From Candidatus Krumholzibacteriia bacterium (GTDB lineage Bacteria > Krumholzibacteriota > Krumholzibacteriia > JAJRXK01), in NCBI GenBank assembly GCA_041484665.1, contig JBGPIA010000002.1:480001-544000 (forward strand): a stretch of 64,000 bases of DNA, given 5' to 3'. A program made the position numbers and the translations under genes. Shown piece by piece: positions 30,101 through 41,573 of this stretch. How positions within the stretch are numbered: position 1 is the stretch's first letter; every line of letters starts with the position of its first letter. A model generated the notes under the pieces. That model ran no database searches. It worked only from the letters and a program-made list of their open reading frames with translations, and had not been told where the DNA came from.

Positions 30101-30434
30101 GTTCGGGCTCCCGATCAACAACGGCGGCGCGGTCGCGACCGATCCGGTGCCCGTGCGGCGGCTGGTGGTGGAGCAGAACCATCCCAACCCGTTCAATCCC
30201 GCCACGACCATCCGCTTCAGCGCGCCCGCCCGTGGCCACGCCCGCGTGACGATCTACAACCTGCGGGGTGAGGCCGTGGCCACGTTGCTGGACGGCACGG
30301 TGGAGGCGGGCGAGCAGACAGTGACTTGGCGCGGAGTGGACGGGCGGGGCCGGCCTGTGGCCAGCGGCGTGTACCTCTACGAAGTCGACGGCTTCGGCCA
30401 GAGCGCGGTCCGCAAGATGGCCCTGATCCGCTGA
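27129..30434 (+). CDS. Large secreted multidomain protein with C-terminal FlgD-Ig (T9SS-like) sorting domain
   Basis: Signal peptide MKSFAALASGLVLLAAAGGAAA; AGGAGG RBS; C-terminus QNHPNPFNPATTIRF...ASGVYLY; no catalytic motif recognised. Confidence 0.85.
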   Translation: MKSFAALASGLVLLAAAGGAAAAARPPSGPPPSAHARPELSLYDPAAVLHGGSSDLAKTPADSFNIYGGVRSDGSHSRLPEGQFNTLNWFPQLQGWNSVDLTEVPAHWHVSTFNAAILDAGVTHNHAMFDGVETGTSGFTTAPGYGNNWNDQLDWYGQANPAINTTTRLTFDFNHDTEPGYDFFRVQFDSAGTMVTLAEFTASNKNGAGQFITPVHFDGSVLFRPNMYVGTTSKFVHERLRVTSDGAWSDEDGLWPTSGAAQVDNVQVRFNGALVLQHGDGTASFEPLGGGVFDTESWSPVAADFAGDFGKLFPQLAAIDPCRIDLTPQIGFIDDGTPPRNAPTRSTGGSTSPTWGYGVEGGWVVNYTGGLTLGAQGINNEYWSPEIVWNDPTTTADDALTGGAFARWNVWQHLPLLNGMFWVWHVRSYPDPTGTWTSWQDRNFVYYGGGVALYATVQADVSDLLVNNPQKVQLALGTVDLADLFGYPGNDATPSPTFDNVSFWKYAATGPAFTTREIDLFNDAFATGGGFNYKRNPADLSVRMDMARDISTGTANAPGDSIIVDVVATVPGTTLAGPGPGGRPVMRWILDANPAFNAVRSLPPGAVAAGVSARGFSQWRGTANGDSARTAGGSAIAHRFFFDVPNDGPALRPYQTNEPKLFFPGDIVRYYIEARDSGAHSSTLPADTVGFARGVAYNRVFTIRALPTLRVTIAGHDTTVTQPRILVVNDFGHRGGEDEWLQAFGQNGLVEGVDFDTYTVQGPSSLVSNGIGSAGAHGANAQQLQGYSSVLYDCGNLSNGLISNGSNANGNDKGDDAGTLTGWRSQAADRFAAYFGDNIGAGLVSQGGTSLTFLANAMGVTYVADDVRLEIGDQTAPLAKPTGQGSTVGLFSQVYVAYGGCLSINQFDSMRPAAGTGAVRAHEFLSRSGVPGQYGPAASVYYARTDTLAGTPRRRVALTFPYGFLYVQDIIPKAPGGASGRAKLLAEILRAFGLPINNGGAVATDPVPVRRLVVEQNHPNPFNPATTIRFSAPARGHARVTIYNLRGEAVATLLDGTVEAGEQTVTWRGVDGRGRPVASGVYLYEVDGFGQSAVRKMALIR

Positions 30435-30518
30435 GCGCGCGCGCGGCCGGGGAAACGCATCGCTCGTGCGGGGGGACACAACGACGCCGGGGCTGGCAGG
30501 TGCCGGCCCCGGCTCGTT

Positions 30519-31610
30519 TCAGTGCTGGCGGGCCCGCGCCGGGCCCCCGAACAGGGCGGCTGCCGAGGGCGCGCCGCCGGGCGCCGCCTGCAGCGCCGCA
30601 GCCGCCCGCACGGAGTCTGCAGGCGCAGAGGCGGGCGGCGGAGGCGCTGCGGCGATCTCGTAATCACCCAGCATCGCCAGCTCGCGATGGGACGGCACCT
30701 CGCCGCGCCAGGCCCGCTCCACCTTCCCATCGCGCAGCCACACCGCGGTGGGGATCTCGGGAGCCACCAGGCGGAACTCGGTCTCCGAGAGCACGTGGAT
30801 GGGATACGTCGGCCGAAACGCCGCGATGAAATCCTGCACGTCCTGCGGCCCGCTGGAGGTGACCGCGATCACCGGCAGCGCGGGCAGGCGGTCGGCGATC
30901 ATCTGCACCCCGCCGGCGTAGCTCCAGCAGTGGCTGCAGTCGGCGCCGAACAAGAACACCAGTCCCTGCTTGGGCAGCGTGACCGGCGGGTCCGCGCGCG
31001 ACAGCAGAGCCAGATCTTGAGACGTGATCCTGGGCGGATCGGAGGTTTTCTGCGCCGGGCTGCCCGCCAGGAAACCCGCCGCGGAGATGCAGAGCACCCC
31101 CCACGCCATGGCGTGGCGGAAGCCAGCGTTGCCCACCGCCGCGTCGCGGCCCCAGCGCAGCACCACAAGGGTCAGCGCCAGCAGCACCACGTTCTTGACG
31201 AGCGAGATCTGCGGCGTGGCCTCGAGCAGCTTGCCGAAGCAGCCGCAGTCCCGGATCCCCAGCTTGATGGCGTAGACCAGGATTCCGGAGAACAGCACCA
31301 GCAGCACGAGGTTCGCCCAGGCGGCGAAGCGCCGGAAGATGCCCGTGATCAGCAGGAAGCCCACGGCGATCTCGCCGCCCACCAGGCCGGTGCCCAGCAA
31401 GACAGAGAGGTGTCCGGGCGTGAGCCGGTAGCTCGTGATCGACTCCACGAACGTCGTCGGGGAGGCCAGCTTGGCCAGCCCGGCCACGATCATGGTGAGC
31501 CCGACGAGCGCCGCGGCGAGGGTCGCCAGCCGCGCGCGCCCCACCGCAGGCGCCGCAGCGTTCCCGGTGGTGGGCGCGGCATGAGGATCGGTTGGATGCG
31601 AGGAGTTCAT
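30519..31610 (-). CDS. MauE/DoxX membrane domain fused to a thioredoxin-like CxxC domain
   Basis: AGLAKL, GEIAVG, DCGCFG, SLVKN (MauE pattern); DCSHC and EIPT (Trx fold). Confidence 0.8.
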   Translation of the reverse strand: MNSSHPTDPHAAPTTGNAAAPAVGRARLATLAAALVGLTMIVAGLAKLASPTTFVESITSYRLTPGHLSVLLGTGLVGGEIAVGFLLITGIFRRFAAWANLVLLVLFSGILVYAIKLGIRDCGCFGKLLEATPQISLVKNVVLLALTLVVLRWGRDAAVGNAGFRHAMAWGVLCISAAGFLAGSPAQKTSDPPRITSQDLALLSRADPPVTLPKQGLVFLFGADCSHCWSYAGGVQMIADRLPALPVIAVTSSGPQDVQDFIAAFRPTYPIHVLSETEFRLVAPEIPTAVWLRDGKVERAWRGEVPSHRELAMLGDYEIAAAPPPPASAPADSVRAAAALQAAPGGAPSAAALFGGPARARQH

Positions 31611-31644
31611 GGCCCCTAAGTTCTCCCGGATCGCTGGATTGTCA

Positions 31645-31677
31645 AGTCAACGGCCTGTAAACGGAGTGTAAATGGCC
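31645..31677. promoter_or_regulatory. Three 11-bp direct repeats, putative OmpR/PhoB-family (CpxR-like) operator
   Basis: agtcaacggcc / tgtaaacggag / tgtaaatggcc, adjacent to a TTGACA on the minus strand (31640-31645). Confidence 0.5.
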
Positions 31678-31855
31678 GTCCTCGACCGGTGGCTGGAGGG
31701 GTTCGTGCGCGGGGAAGCGCGCCGGCCGCGCGCGCATCCCCCGCCTTGGGCCAGGTCGGGCCCGCTCTCCCCAACCCGTCCCAGATGCACTATCTTTGGC
31801 GGCCAGCGAGCCGATCGCGTGCGAACCACGAGACGACGACAAGGAGCGGAAGCGT

Positions 31856-33100
31856 ATGGCGGATTCCAGGACGGCCACCCAGCCGGGGGCGGGTGCCGCC
31901 AGCAGCGCCGAGATCATGGCGCTGACCGACCAGTACAGCGCCCACAACTACCACCCGCTGCCCGTGGTGATCGCCCACGCCGAGGGCGTGTGGGTCACGG
32001 ACCCCGAGGGGCGCCGCTACATGGACTTCCTGTCGTCGTACTCCGCCGTGAATCAGGGGCATCGGCACCCGAAGATCATCGCTGCGCTCAAGGCGCAGGC
32101 CGACCGCGTTACCCTCACCAGCCGCGCGTTCTACAACGATCGCCTGGGGGAGTTCCTCGAGAAGCTGTGCGCGTACACCGGCTTCGACCTCGCACTGCCC
32201 ATGAACACCGGGGCGGAGGCGGTCGAGACGGCGATGAAGCTCGCGCGCCTGTGGGGGCACAAGGTGAAGGGGGTGCCCGATGGCAAGCAGGAGATCGTCG
32301 TCTGCGCCGAGAACTTCCACGGCCGGACCATCACGGTCGTCTCCTTCTCCACCGATCCGGTGGCCCACGACGGCTTCGGGCCGTTCACGCCCGGGTTCAG
32401 CATCATCCCGTACGACGACCCCGCCGCACTGGAGAAGGCGATCACGCCCAACACCGTCGCGTTCCTGGTGGAGCCGATCCAGGGCGAGGCCGGCGTGAAC
32501 GTCCCGCGGCCCGGCTATCTGCGCGCGGTGCGCGAGATCTGCACCCGGCACGAGATCCTGATGATCGCTGACGAGGTGCAGACCGGCTTCTGCCGGACGG
32601 GCCGCAAGTTCGCCTGCGATCACGAGCAGGTGCGGCCCGACGCGATGGCGCTGGGCAAGGCGCTGGGCGGTGGCGTGCTGCCGGTCTCGGCGGTGGTCGC
32701 CGACCACGACGTGCTCGGCGTCTTCACCCCCGGAAGCCACGGCTCGACCTTCGGAGGCAACCCCCTGGCCTGCGCCGTCGGCCTCGCGGCGCTGGAGGTG
32801 CTGGAGGACGAGCGCCTCGACGCCCGCGCGCAGGAGCTGGGTGAGATCCTGCGGGCCGCGCTGGGGAAGATCTGCTGCAAGAAGCTCGTGCAGATTCGCG
32901 GGAAGGGCCTGCTCAACGCCGCGGTGTTCGAGCCGGGGTTTCAGGCCTGGAACGTCTGCTTGACGCTCAAGGACAATGGCCTCTTGGCCAAGCAGACCCA
33001 CGGCAACATCATCCGTTTCGCGCCGCCGCTGATCATCTCGCGCAAGGAGCTCGATCAGGCGGCGGAGATCATCACCAGGGTGTTCGAGGCGATCGCCTGA
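31856..33100 (+). CDS. rocD: Ornithine aminotransferase
   Basis: SAHNYHPLP, YSAVNQGH, NFHGRT, EPIQGEAG, DEVQTG, LGKALGGG, HGSTFGGNPL. Confidence 0.93.
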   Translation: MADSRTATQPGAGAASSAEIMALTDQYSAHNYHPLPVVIAHAEGVWVTDPEGRRYMDFLSSYSAVNQGHRHPKIIAALKAQADRVTLTSRAFYNDRLGEFLEKLCAYTGFDLALPMNTGAEAVETAMKLARLWGHKVKGVPDGKQEIVVCAENFHGRTITVVSFSTDPVAHDGFGPFTPGFSIIPYDDPAALEKAITPNTVAFLVEPIQGEAGVNVPRPGYLRAVREICTRHEILMIADEVQTGFCRTGRKFACDHEQVRPDAMALGKALGGGVLPVSAVVADHDVLGVFTPGSHGSTFGGNPLACAVGLAALEVLEDERLDARAQELGEILRAALGKICCKKLVQIRGKGLLNAAVFEPGFQAWNVCLTLKDNGLLAKQTHGNIIRFAPPLIISRKELDQAAEIITRVFEAIA

Positions 33101-33186
33101 GGAGCGCTGGGCGCCCGCAGCGCCAGAGACTGCGCGCCAGAGCTCACCACGGCTGGCAAGCACGCGCCAGCAAGCTCCCCAGTGTA

Positions 33187-33220
33187 GAAAGGGCCGCGCC
33201 CCCTCGAGCGCGGCCCCTTC
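33187..33220 (-). terminator. Intrinsic terminator between rocD and groL
   Basis: 9-bp stem gggccgcgc/gcgcggccc followed by TTTCT on the minus strand; may be bidirectional. Confidence 0.65.
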
Positions 33221-33346
33221 CGTTCCACGGGCTGTCGTCGCCGTACGCGGGCGGGGCTTGAGCCGCCCACGGCCACCCGCCACGGGCGCGTGCCGCAGGC
33301 GCACCATGGGCGCGCGCGATCGCCCGGACGGACGTACGGCGCGCTC

Positions 33347-34996
<1,650 letters not shown>

Positions 34997-35096
34997 TCAC
35001 TTTCTCCTTGGTACGTCTGCGCTTCGTGCGTCTTCGCTTTTTCGAATCGTCGGCTCGCGGTGCAATCGCGCCGCGAGCGGGCGCCGGCCGGGTGGT

Positions 35097-35381
35097 CTAG
35101 AGCACCGCGAGGATGTCGTCGGCGCGGAGGATCAGGTACTCCTTGTCCTCGAACGTGATCTCGGTCCCGGAGTACTTGCCGAAGAGCACGAGATCGCCCT
35201 TCTTCACGTCGAGCGGGATGCGCTCCCCCTTCTCGATCTTGCCCGGTCCCACCGCGATCACCTTGCCCTTCTGGGGCTTCTCCTTGGCCGTGTCGGGAAT
35301 GATGATCCCGCCCTTCTTGGACTCCGCATCGAGGGCCTCGATGATCACCCGATCGCCGAGCGGCTTGATGTTCACCGCCAT
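35097..35381 (-). CDS. groS: Co-chaperonin GroES
   Basis: [35 protein letters not shown]. Confidence 0.98.
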   Translation of the reverse strand: MAVNIKPLGDRVIIEALDAESKKGGIIIPDTAKEKPQKGKVIAVGPGKIEKGERIPLDVKKGDLVLFGKYSGTEITFEDKEYLILRADDILAVL

Positions 35382-35517
35382 GAACGTCTCCTCCTGTGGA
35401 ACTGGATCCTGCCTGCAAGGAACGACTGTGCGGCAGCGGCTGGCGATCGCGCGATGCGGCGTCCGGCGCTGCCCCGTGAAAGTCGGTTGGGGCGCGGGGC
35501 CCCACGTAGCGGCGCAC

Positions 35518-35546
35518 AATGTAAGACCCGTGCCGGATTCTGGCAA
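35518..35546 (-). promoter_or_regulatory. Sigma70 promoter of groESL
   Basis: Minus strand TTGCCA, 17-nt spacer, TACATT. Confidence 0.65.
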
Positions 35547-35566
35547 CCGGACGATTCGACTGCCAA
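35540..35566. promoter_or_regulatory. CIRCE element (HrcA operator)
   Basis: Minus strand TTGGCAGTC-N9-GGTTGCCAG versus consensus TTAGCACTC-N9-GAGTGCTAA; overlaps the -35 element. Confidence 0.75.
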
Positions 35567-35627
35567 TGGAACTCCGCAAGCAATTGCCAAAAAATCACAT
35601 ATGGGTGCGTTCACCCGTGGTTTGCGG

Positions 35628-36428
35628 TTAAGTTGCGTTTGGATCGACGGCGTGGAAGTAAAGCGCCGCGGCACCCTCGAGTGTCAATTCTGGCAGAACT
35701 CTGGACGAAATTGACAGGTGGGAGGCAGCCATCCCGGCCAATCCGCCCGTCAGCAGCACGGCCATCCTCGGGTATTGCTGGAGCAATTCGACCACCACGT
35801 GCTCGACACCGCCGATCCCCTGGTGCCAGCTACCGTATCGGACGGCCTCGGCGGAATCGCGGCCGACCCAGCCCTGCGCGGGCTCGAACGGAACTTCGGG
35901 CAGCAGCGCACCGGCGCGCAACAGCGCTTGGTGCGCCGTGACCAGTCCCGGGGCGATCAGGCCGCCGGCGAAGGTCCCCTCCACCAGCAGATCAAAAGTG
36001 TTGGCGGTCCCCAGGTCGACCACCAGGGCGCTGCGGTGTCCGCGCGCGATCGCCGCGGCGATGTTGCAGAAGCGGTCGGCACCCACGCTTTCGGGGCACT
36101 CGATCGACACCCGGTACGGCTTGCGGGTGGCCGCGTCCACCACCATGGCGGGGCGGCCCTGCGCCGCAGGGTCCCGCTCCCAGCGCTGCAACCAGAGCGT
36201 CGTGAGCGGCGGGACCACGGAGGCCAGCGCCAGCCCCGCGATCAGCGGATCGGCCGCGAGCCGCTCCGCGCACCAGCGCAGGGCCTCATCGAGCAACTCC
36301 GCGCGCCCGGCCGAAGTCGGCGCGGGCGGGGAGGGTGGCTGCAGACGCGCGCGCGCGCGGACCGTAGCGCCGTCCACCACGGCGCACGCGATCTTGGTGT
36401 TGCCGATGTCGACCGCCAGCACCTTCAC
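35628..36428 (-). CDS. coaX: Type III pantothenate kinase
   Basis: [40 protein letters not shown] overlap with birA. Confidence 0.92.
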   Translation of the reverse strand: MKVLAVDIGNTKIACAVVDGATVRARARLQPPSPPAPTSAGRAELLDEALRWCAERLAADPLIAGLALASVVPPLTTLWLQRWERDPAAQGRPAMVVDAATRKPYRVSIECPESVGADRFCNIAAAIARGHRSALVVDLGTANTFDLLVEGTFAGGLIAPGLVTAHQALLRAGALLPEVPFEPAQGWVGRDSAEAVRYGSWHQGIGGVEHVVVELLQQYPRMAVLLTGGLAGMAASHLSISSRVLPELTLEGAAALYFHAVDPNAT

Positions 36429-37222
36429 GGCGCTCCGACCTCCGACAGATGCACCTCGCCAGCCAGCAGCTGCCGCACGCTGCCGTCGGGCAGGCGCACC
36501 GCCAGACGGCCCTCCGTATCGACCCCTTGGGCCGTCGCGGTGTAGGCGCGCTCGCCCTCCACGACGCGTACGCGCCGGCCGTCCAACAGCGATCGCTCGC
36601 TCCAGGACTCCCGAAACGGTGCGAAGCCCTCGCGCAGGAACCGGTCGTACGCCGGCTCCAGCCGGTTGACGATCGCGGCGAGCAGGCCCAGCGCCTCGAC
36701 GTCGTGGCCCTCCTGCGCAAGGCTGGTGGCTGCCACGGGTAGCCCCGGCGGCCAGCCGCCCGGCGGCGTCCGCAGATTGATCCCCAGCCCGATCACGACG
36801 GCGCCCTCGGGCACGCGGCGTCCCTCCAGCAGCACTCCGCCCAGCTTGCGCGCGCCGATCCACAGGTCGTTGGGCCATTTCAGCAGCGGGCGGCAATCGG
36901 CCAGCGCTCCGGCAGCCTGCGCCGCGATCAGCGCCACGACCGCGGAGAACGCGGGCATGCGCTCGAGCGTGGTGTCCGGCCGCACGAGCAGCGATGCGTA
37001 GAGCCCCGCGCCGGCGGGACTGTGCCAGGAGCGCCCCTGGCGCCCGCGGCCGCGCGACTGGGCGGCGGCGACGCACACGGCGCCATGGGGTGCACCTTCC
37101 GCGGCCCAGCTCCACAGCTCCTCGTTGGTGCTGCCCACGATGTCGTACGCGTGCACCGCGCGCCCCAGCGCCCGCGTCGACAGACCGGGGAGGACGGCGG
37201 GCGATGCGGGCTCGGCGTTCAT
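36425..37222 (-). CDS. birA: Biotin-protein ligase (no HTH domain)
   Basis: GSTN, QSRGRGRQGRSW, LKWPND, KLGGVL, IGLGINL. Confidence 0.92.
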   Translation of the reverse strand: MNAEPASPAVLPGLSTRALGRAVHAYDIVGSTNEELWSWAAEGAPHGAVCVAAAQSRGRGRQGRSWHSPAGAGLYASLLVRPDTTLERMPAFSAVVALIAAQAAGALADCRPLLKWPNDLWIGARKLGGVLLEGRRVPEGAVVIGLGINLRTPPGGWPPGLPVAATSLAQEGHDVEALGLLAAIVNRLEPAYDRFLREGFAPFRESWSERSLLDGRRVRVVEGERAYTATAQGVDTEGRLAVRLPDGSVRQLLAGEVHLSEVGAP

Positions 37223-38124
37223 CGGGCCACCACGCTCTCCCAGTCGAGACCCACGTCCAGCGCGGGCGCCGAATGCGTCAGCGCGCCGACCGACACCATG
37301 TCGACGCCCGCAGCCGCGATCCGCGCGACGTTCTGCAGGGTCACCCCGCCGGAGGCCTCCAACGGGACGCGCCGCGGCGCCGCGTCGCGCAGCGCCACGG
37401 CGCGCGCCAGCTGCTCGGGCGTGAAGTTGTCCAGGAGAATGCGGTCGACGGGCAGCGCGAGGGTCTGCTGCAGAGCCGCCAGGTCGTCCACCTCCACCAC
37501 CAGGGGCAACTCCGCGAAGCGCGCGCGCGCGGCACGCACCGCGTCGGGGACCGACATGCCCGCGGCGCGGTGGTTGTCCTTGATGAGGATGCCGTCGGAG
37601 AGGCCCATCCGGTGGTTGCGCCCGCCGCCACAGCGCACGGCGTACTTCTGCAGGATGCGGCCGCCGGGCCAGGTCTTGCGGGTGTCCAGCACGCAGCAGC
37701 GCGGGCCGGCCGCCACGGTGAACTGCCGCGTGAGCGTCGCGACGCCCGCGAGCAGGCCGACCAGATTCAGGAAGGTGCGCTCGCCGGCGAGGATCACGCG
37801 CGTGGGGCCCTCGATCAGCGCGAGGGCGTCCAGCGGCCGCACCGTTGCGCCGTCTTGGGTGTGCAGCTCCACGCGGTATTCGCCCGCGGAAAGCGCCAGC
37901 GCCTCCAGCGTGAGCGCCACGCAGTGCAGCCCCGCGATCACCCCCGCCTGGCGCGCGCGCAGCACCGCGCGGCCGCGCGCGCCGGAGGGGACGCACAGCT
38001 CGCTGGTGCGGTCTGCCCGGGCCCCGTCCTCCTCGAGGGCGGTGGCGATCACCCGCATGGCGGCCACCCGTTCGCGCGGGCCGAAATCCTGGGACGGGTC
38101 CGGGGCCGCAGAGGTCACCGTCAT
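37219..38124 (-). CDS. nadC: Quinolinate phosphoribosyltransferase
   Basis: ERTFLN, LDTRKT, NHRMGL, LIKDNH, VEVD, LLDNF, EASGG, VGALTHS. Confidence 0.95.
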   Translation of the reverse strand: MTVTSAAPDPSQDFGPRERVAAMRVIATALEEDGARADRTSELCVPSGARGRAVLRARQAGVIAGLHCVALTLEALALSAGEYRVELHTQDGATVRPLDALALIEGPTRVILAGERTFLNLVGLLAGVATLTRQFTVAAGPRCCVLDTRKTWPGGRILQKYAVRCGGGRNHRMGLSDGILIKDNHRAAGMSVPDAVRAARARFAELPLVVEVDDLAALQQTLALPVDRILLDNFTPEQLARAVALRDAAPRRVPLEASGGVTLQNVARIAAAGVDMVSVGALTHSAPALDVGLDWESVVAR

Positions 38125-40238
38125 CTCCTCCTGCCCGCCTTGCGCGCCCGTCCGCGCAGCAGGGGCCGGGCCTTGGGCCGGATGCTGCTGGCGCGCTCGC
38201 GCTCCTTCGCCACGCTGACCGGGCCCTCCAGCTCGTGCAGCAGGCGGACCTCCTCGACCCGGTCGCGCAGCACCGCCGCGGTCTCGAAATCGAGGGCGCG
38301 CGCGGCGGCCATCATCTCCTCGGTCAGGCGCTCCACCAGCTCCAGCGGCGTGAGCTGCTCGGGGTGCTCCAACAGCTCCGTACGGTGGCGGGCGGGGGTG
38401 TCGCCCTCCTGTGCCACGCGGGCCGCCGCCTCGCCCGCCGCTCGCGTCGCGGCCAGGATCTCGTCGCGCGTCTTCTGGATGCTGCGCGGCGTGATCCCGT
38501 GCTCCGCGTTGTAGCGCTCCTGCTTCTCGCGGCGGCGGCTGGTCTCGTCCATGGCCCGGCGCATGCTGCCGGTCACCGTGTCCGCGTAGAGCACGACGTG
38601 GCCATCGATATTGCGCGCGGCGCGCCCGGCGGTTTGGATCAGGCTGCGCTCGCTGCGCAGGAATCCTTCCTTGTCCGCGTCCAGGATCGCCACCAACCCC
38701 ACCTCGGGCAGGTCGAGCCCCTCGCGCAGCAGGTTGATCCCCACCAGCACGTCGAACTCGCCCAAGCGCAGTCCGCGCAGGATCTGCACGCGGTCCAGCG
38801 CGGCGATGTCGCTGTGCAGGTACTGGACGCGGATCCCGGCGTTGCGCAAGTAATCGGTGAGGTCCTCGGCCATACGCTTGGTCAGCGTCGTGACCAGCAC
38901 GCGCTGCTGCAGCGCCGTGGTCTGGCGGATCTGCTCCATCAGATCGTCGATCTGCCCCTCGACCGGGCGCACCTCGATCCGCGGGTCGGTGAGGCCGGTG
39001 GGACGGATGAGCTGCTCCACGATCACGCCGGCCGACTTGCGCAGCTCGTACTCAGCGGGCGTGGCGCTGACGAAGACGGTCGGCGGCATGAGCGCCTCGA
39101 ACTCCTCGAAGGTGAGCGGGCGGTTGTCCAGGGCGCTGGGCAGGCGGAAGCCGTGCTCCACCAGGACCTGTTTGCGCGAGCGGTCGCCGTTGAACATCCC
39201 TCCCACCTGCGGGACAGTCACGTGGCTCTCGTCGACCAGCAGCAGCCACTGATCGGGAAAGTAGTCCAGCAGGCAGGCGGGGCGCAGCCCCGGCGCGCGG
39301 CCGTCGAAGTAGCGGCTGTAGTTCTCGATCCCCGAGCAGTACCCTAGCTCGAGCATCATCTCCATGTCGTAGCGCGTGCGGCTCTCCAGACGCTGCGCCT
39401 CCAGCAGCCGGCCCTGCGCCTCGAACGCGCTGACGCGCTCCTCGAGGTCGAGGGAGATCTGGTGCACGATCTCCTGCAGCCGCTCCCGCTCGGTCACGAA
39501 CAGGGTGGCCGGATAGATCGCCACGTCGTCCAACCGTGCTTTCACCTTGCCCGTGATCGAATCGACCTGGGCGATCGAGTCGATCTCGTCGCCGAACAAC
39601 TCGACGCGCACGATGTCCTCGTCGTAGGCGGGCTTGATCTCCACCACGTCGCCGCGCACGCGGAAGGAGCCGCGGCCGAACGCGACGTCATTGCGCGAGT
39701 ACATGATGTCCACCAGCGCCGCCAGGAGCTGGTCGCGGGGGAAATTCGCCCCCCGCCGCAACCCCACCACCTGCTTGCGGAAGTTTTCGGGATTGCCCAG
39801 GCCGTAGATGCACGACACGCTGGCCACCACGATCACGTCGTGGCGCGCTAGCAGCGAGCTGGTGGTGCGCAGCCGCAGGCGGTCGATCTCGTCGTTGATG
39901 CTGGCGTCTTTCTCGATGTAGGTGTTCGTCGAGGGGACGAAGGCCTCCGGCTGATAGTAGTCGTAGTAGCTGATGAAGTACTCGACGGCGTTGTCGGGGA
40001 AGAACGACTTGAACTCGCCGTAGAGCTGCGCGGCCAGCGTCTTGTTGTGGCTGAGCACCAGCGTGGGGATGTCGAGCTCGGCGATCACATTGGCCAGCGT
40101 AAAGGTCTTGCCGCTGCCCGTGACGCCCAGCAGCGTCTGGCAGCGACGCCCGCTGCGATAACCCTCCACGAGCTGCCGGATGGCCTCGGGCTGGTCCCCG
40201 GTGGGCTCGAAGGGTCGGTGGATGCGAAACCCGCCCAT
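38121..40238 (-). CDS. uvrB: Excinuclease ABC subunit B
   Basis: [39 protein letters not shown]-terminal UVR domain. Confidence 0.98.
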   Translation of the reverse strand: MGGFRIHRPFEPTGDQPEAIRQLVEGYRSGRRCQTLLGVTGSGKTFTLANVIAELDIPTLVLSHNKTLAAQLYGEFKSFFPDNAVEYFISYYDYYQPEAFVPSTNTYIEKDASINDEIDRLRLRTTSSLLARHDVIVVASVSCIYGLGNPENFRKQVVGLRRGANFPRDQLLAALVDIMYSRNDVAFGRGSFRVRGDVVEIKPAYDEDIVRVELFGDEIDSIAQVDSITGKVKARLDDVAIYPATLFVTERERLQEIVHQISLDLEERVSAFEAQGRLLEAQRLESRTRYDMEMMLELGYCSGIENYSRYFDGRAPGLRPACLLDYFPDQWLLLVDESHVTVPQVGGMFNGDRSRKQVLVEHGFRLPSALDNRPLTFEEFEALMPPTVFVSATPAEYELRKSAGVIVEQLIRPTGLTDPRIEVRPVEGQIDDLMEQIRQTTALQQRVLVTTLTKRMAEDLTDYLRNAGIRVQYLHSDIAALDRVQILRGLRLGEFDVLVGINLLREGLDLPEVGLVAILDADKEGFLRSERSLIQTAGRAARNIDGHVVLYADTVTGSMRRAMDETSRRREKQERYNAEHGITPRSIQKTRDEILAATRAAGEAAARVAQEGDTPARHRTELLEHPEQLTPLELVERLTEEMMAAARALDFETAAVLRDRVEEVRLLHELEGPVSVAKERERASSIRPKARPLLRGRARKAGRRR

Positions 40239-40248
40239 GGCGGCTCCC

Positions 40249-41544
40249 CTAGCGCGGCGGCGCGGCCGGCACCGGAGCTGGCGGCGGCAGCCGCCACGCT
40301 GTTGCGTCTTGCGGCGGAGTCTGCCGTGCGCCGTCCAGCCAGACCTCCACCGCGCCGGGATCGGGCAGGTGCAGCGTGAACGATTCGTGCGCCGCGAGCT
40401 TCCAGCTCTGGCCGGCCTCCAACGTTCGCGACTGCGCAGCCGCGTCGTCCACGGCCACGACCGCGTCGATGGGAGCGGTCGCGCGCAGCTCCAGGAACAG
40501 CAATTTCACGGCCCCGGGAGTCACGCCGGGGCGCACGATGCTGCCCAGACAGCCGCCGCGCGGCTGGACGACGACCTCCTGCGGGGACGAGCCGGACGGC
40601 GGCCCTGGCCGCTGCCCGCCGCGCGGCCCCGGAGGAATGATCGGCGCCGCGGAGCCCGGGACGGGCGGGGCGCCGGGGAGCGCACTCGCTGGCGCCGAGC
40701 TGTCCGCCGACGCGGCAGCGTCTTGCGCCATGTCCTGCGCGCGTCCGCTGGCGACGGAGTCCGCGCCCCCGGTCGCGGTTGGCGGCGAGGTCGGGGCCAC
40801 CGACCCTGTCGCTCCGGCTGGGCCGCGGGCCAGGCCGGCCGGTCCTCCGGCGGTGCCGGGAGGGGACCCCCTGTGCTCGGTGTCCTTGCCAACCCCGCCG
40901 GGCTGCGCACCCAGGCTGTCCCCCCCTGTGCCGGTGCTCCCGGACCGCTCGCCCGACGTGCTGGATCGTGCGCCCACGCTGCCAGACGGCCTGGGCAGCC
41001 CGTCGGACGGCGTCGCCACCTCGCCCAGCGAGGCGCCGGCCGGCGAGCCCGCGCGCGCCGGGGCCGCCCTCGAGGGCTCACGCTGTCCAGTCTCGCTGCC
41101 AGCGGACGGTTGCTTTCCGCGGCGTCCAAGCCACACGCCGACGAGCACCGCGAGCGCGACCGCGGCGACGAGGGCGAGCCAGCGCCAGGACGGCAGCCCG
41201 CGTCCGGCGCTCGGACGGACGACACGCACCTGCTCGATCCGCCAGGTCGAGCCGCGCGGTCCGCCCGCGCCCGCAGTCCCACCGGCAGCGGCGAGCTGCT
41301 CCTCCAGCTTGCCGACCAGCCCATCGGCGTCCAGGCCCAGCTCGCGGGCAAGCGTCCGTATGAAGTTCCGGGCGTAGACCGGGGTCCCCAGCGGCGCTGG
41401 GTCGTCGCTCTCCAGCGCCTCGATCATGCGTGGGCTGATCCGGGTGCTCGAGGAGAGCTGCTCGATACTGAGCGAGCGGGAGGTGCGCGCCTCGCGGAGG
41501 ATCTCCCCGAGGCTGCGGTCGTCGGTGCGTCCGTCCTCGCTCAT
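40249..41544 (-). CDS. rodZ: RodZ-like protein (HTH, TM helix, long low-complexity linker, C-terminal beta domain)
   Basis: LGEILREAR...[12 protein letters not shown]...[16 protein letters not shown]; single TM helix; C-terminal domain resembling DUF4115. Confidence 0.75.
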   Translation of the reverse strand: MSEDGRTDDRSLGEILREARTSRSLSIEQLSSSTRISPRMIEALESDDPAPLGTPVYARNFIRTLARELGLDADGLVGKLEEQLAAAGGTAGAGGPRGSTWRIEQVRVVRPSAGRGLPSWRWLALVAAVALAVLVGVWLGRRGKQPSAGSETGQREPSRAAPARAGSPAGASLGEVATPSDGLPRPSGSVGARSSTSGERSGSTGTGGDSLGAQPGGVGKDTEHRGSPPGTAGGPAGLARGPAGATGSVAPTSPPTATGGADSVASGRAQDMAQDAAASADSSAPASALPGAPPVPGSAAPIIPPGPRGGQRPGPPSGSSPQEVVVQPRGGCLGSIVRPGVTPGAVKLLFLELRATAPIDAVVAVDDAAAQSRTLEAGQSWKLAAHESFTLHLPDPGAVEVWLDGARQTPPQDATAWRLPPPAPVPAAPPR

Positions 41545-41573
41545 GCGCGGCTCCCGTGAGACGCCGACCGTCC

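Noticed and set aside
35681..35717. Inverted repeat tgtcaatt...aattgaca and a CIRCE-like half-site
   Set aside because: Inside the coaX coding region and the spacing does not match CIRCE; the element at 35540-35566 fits better.
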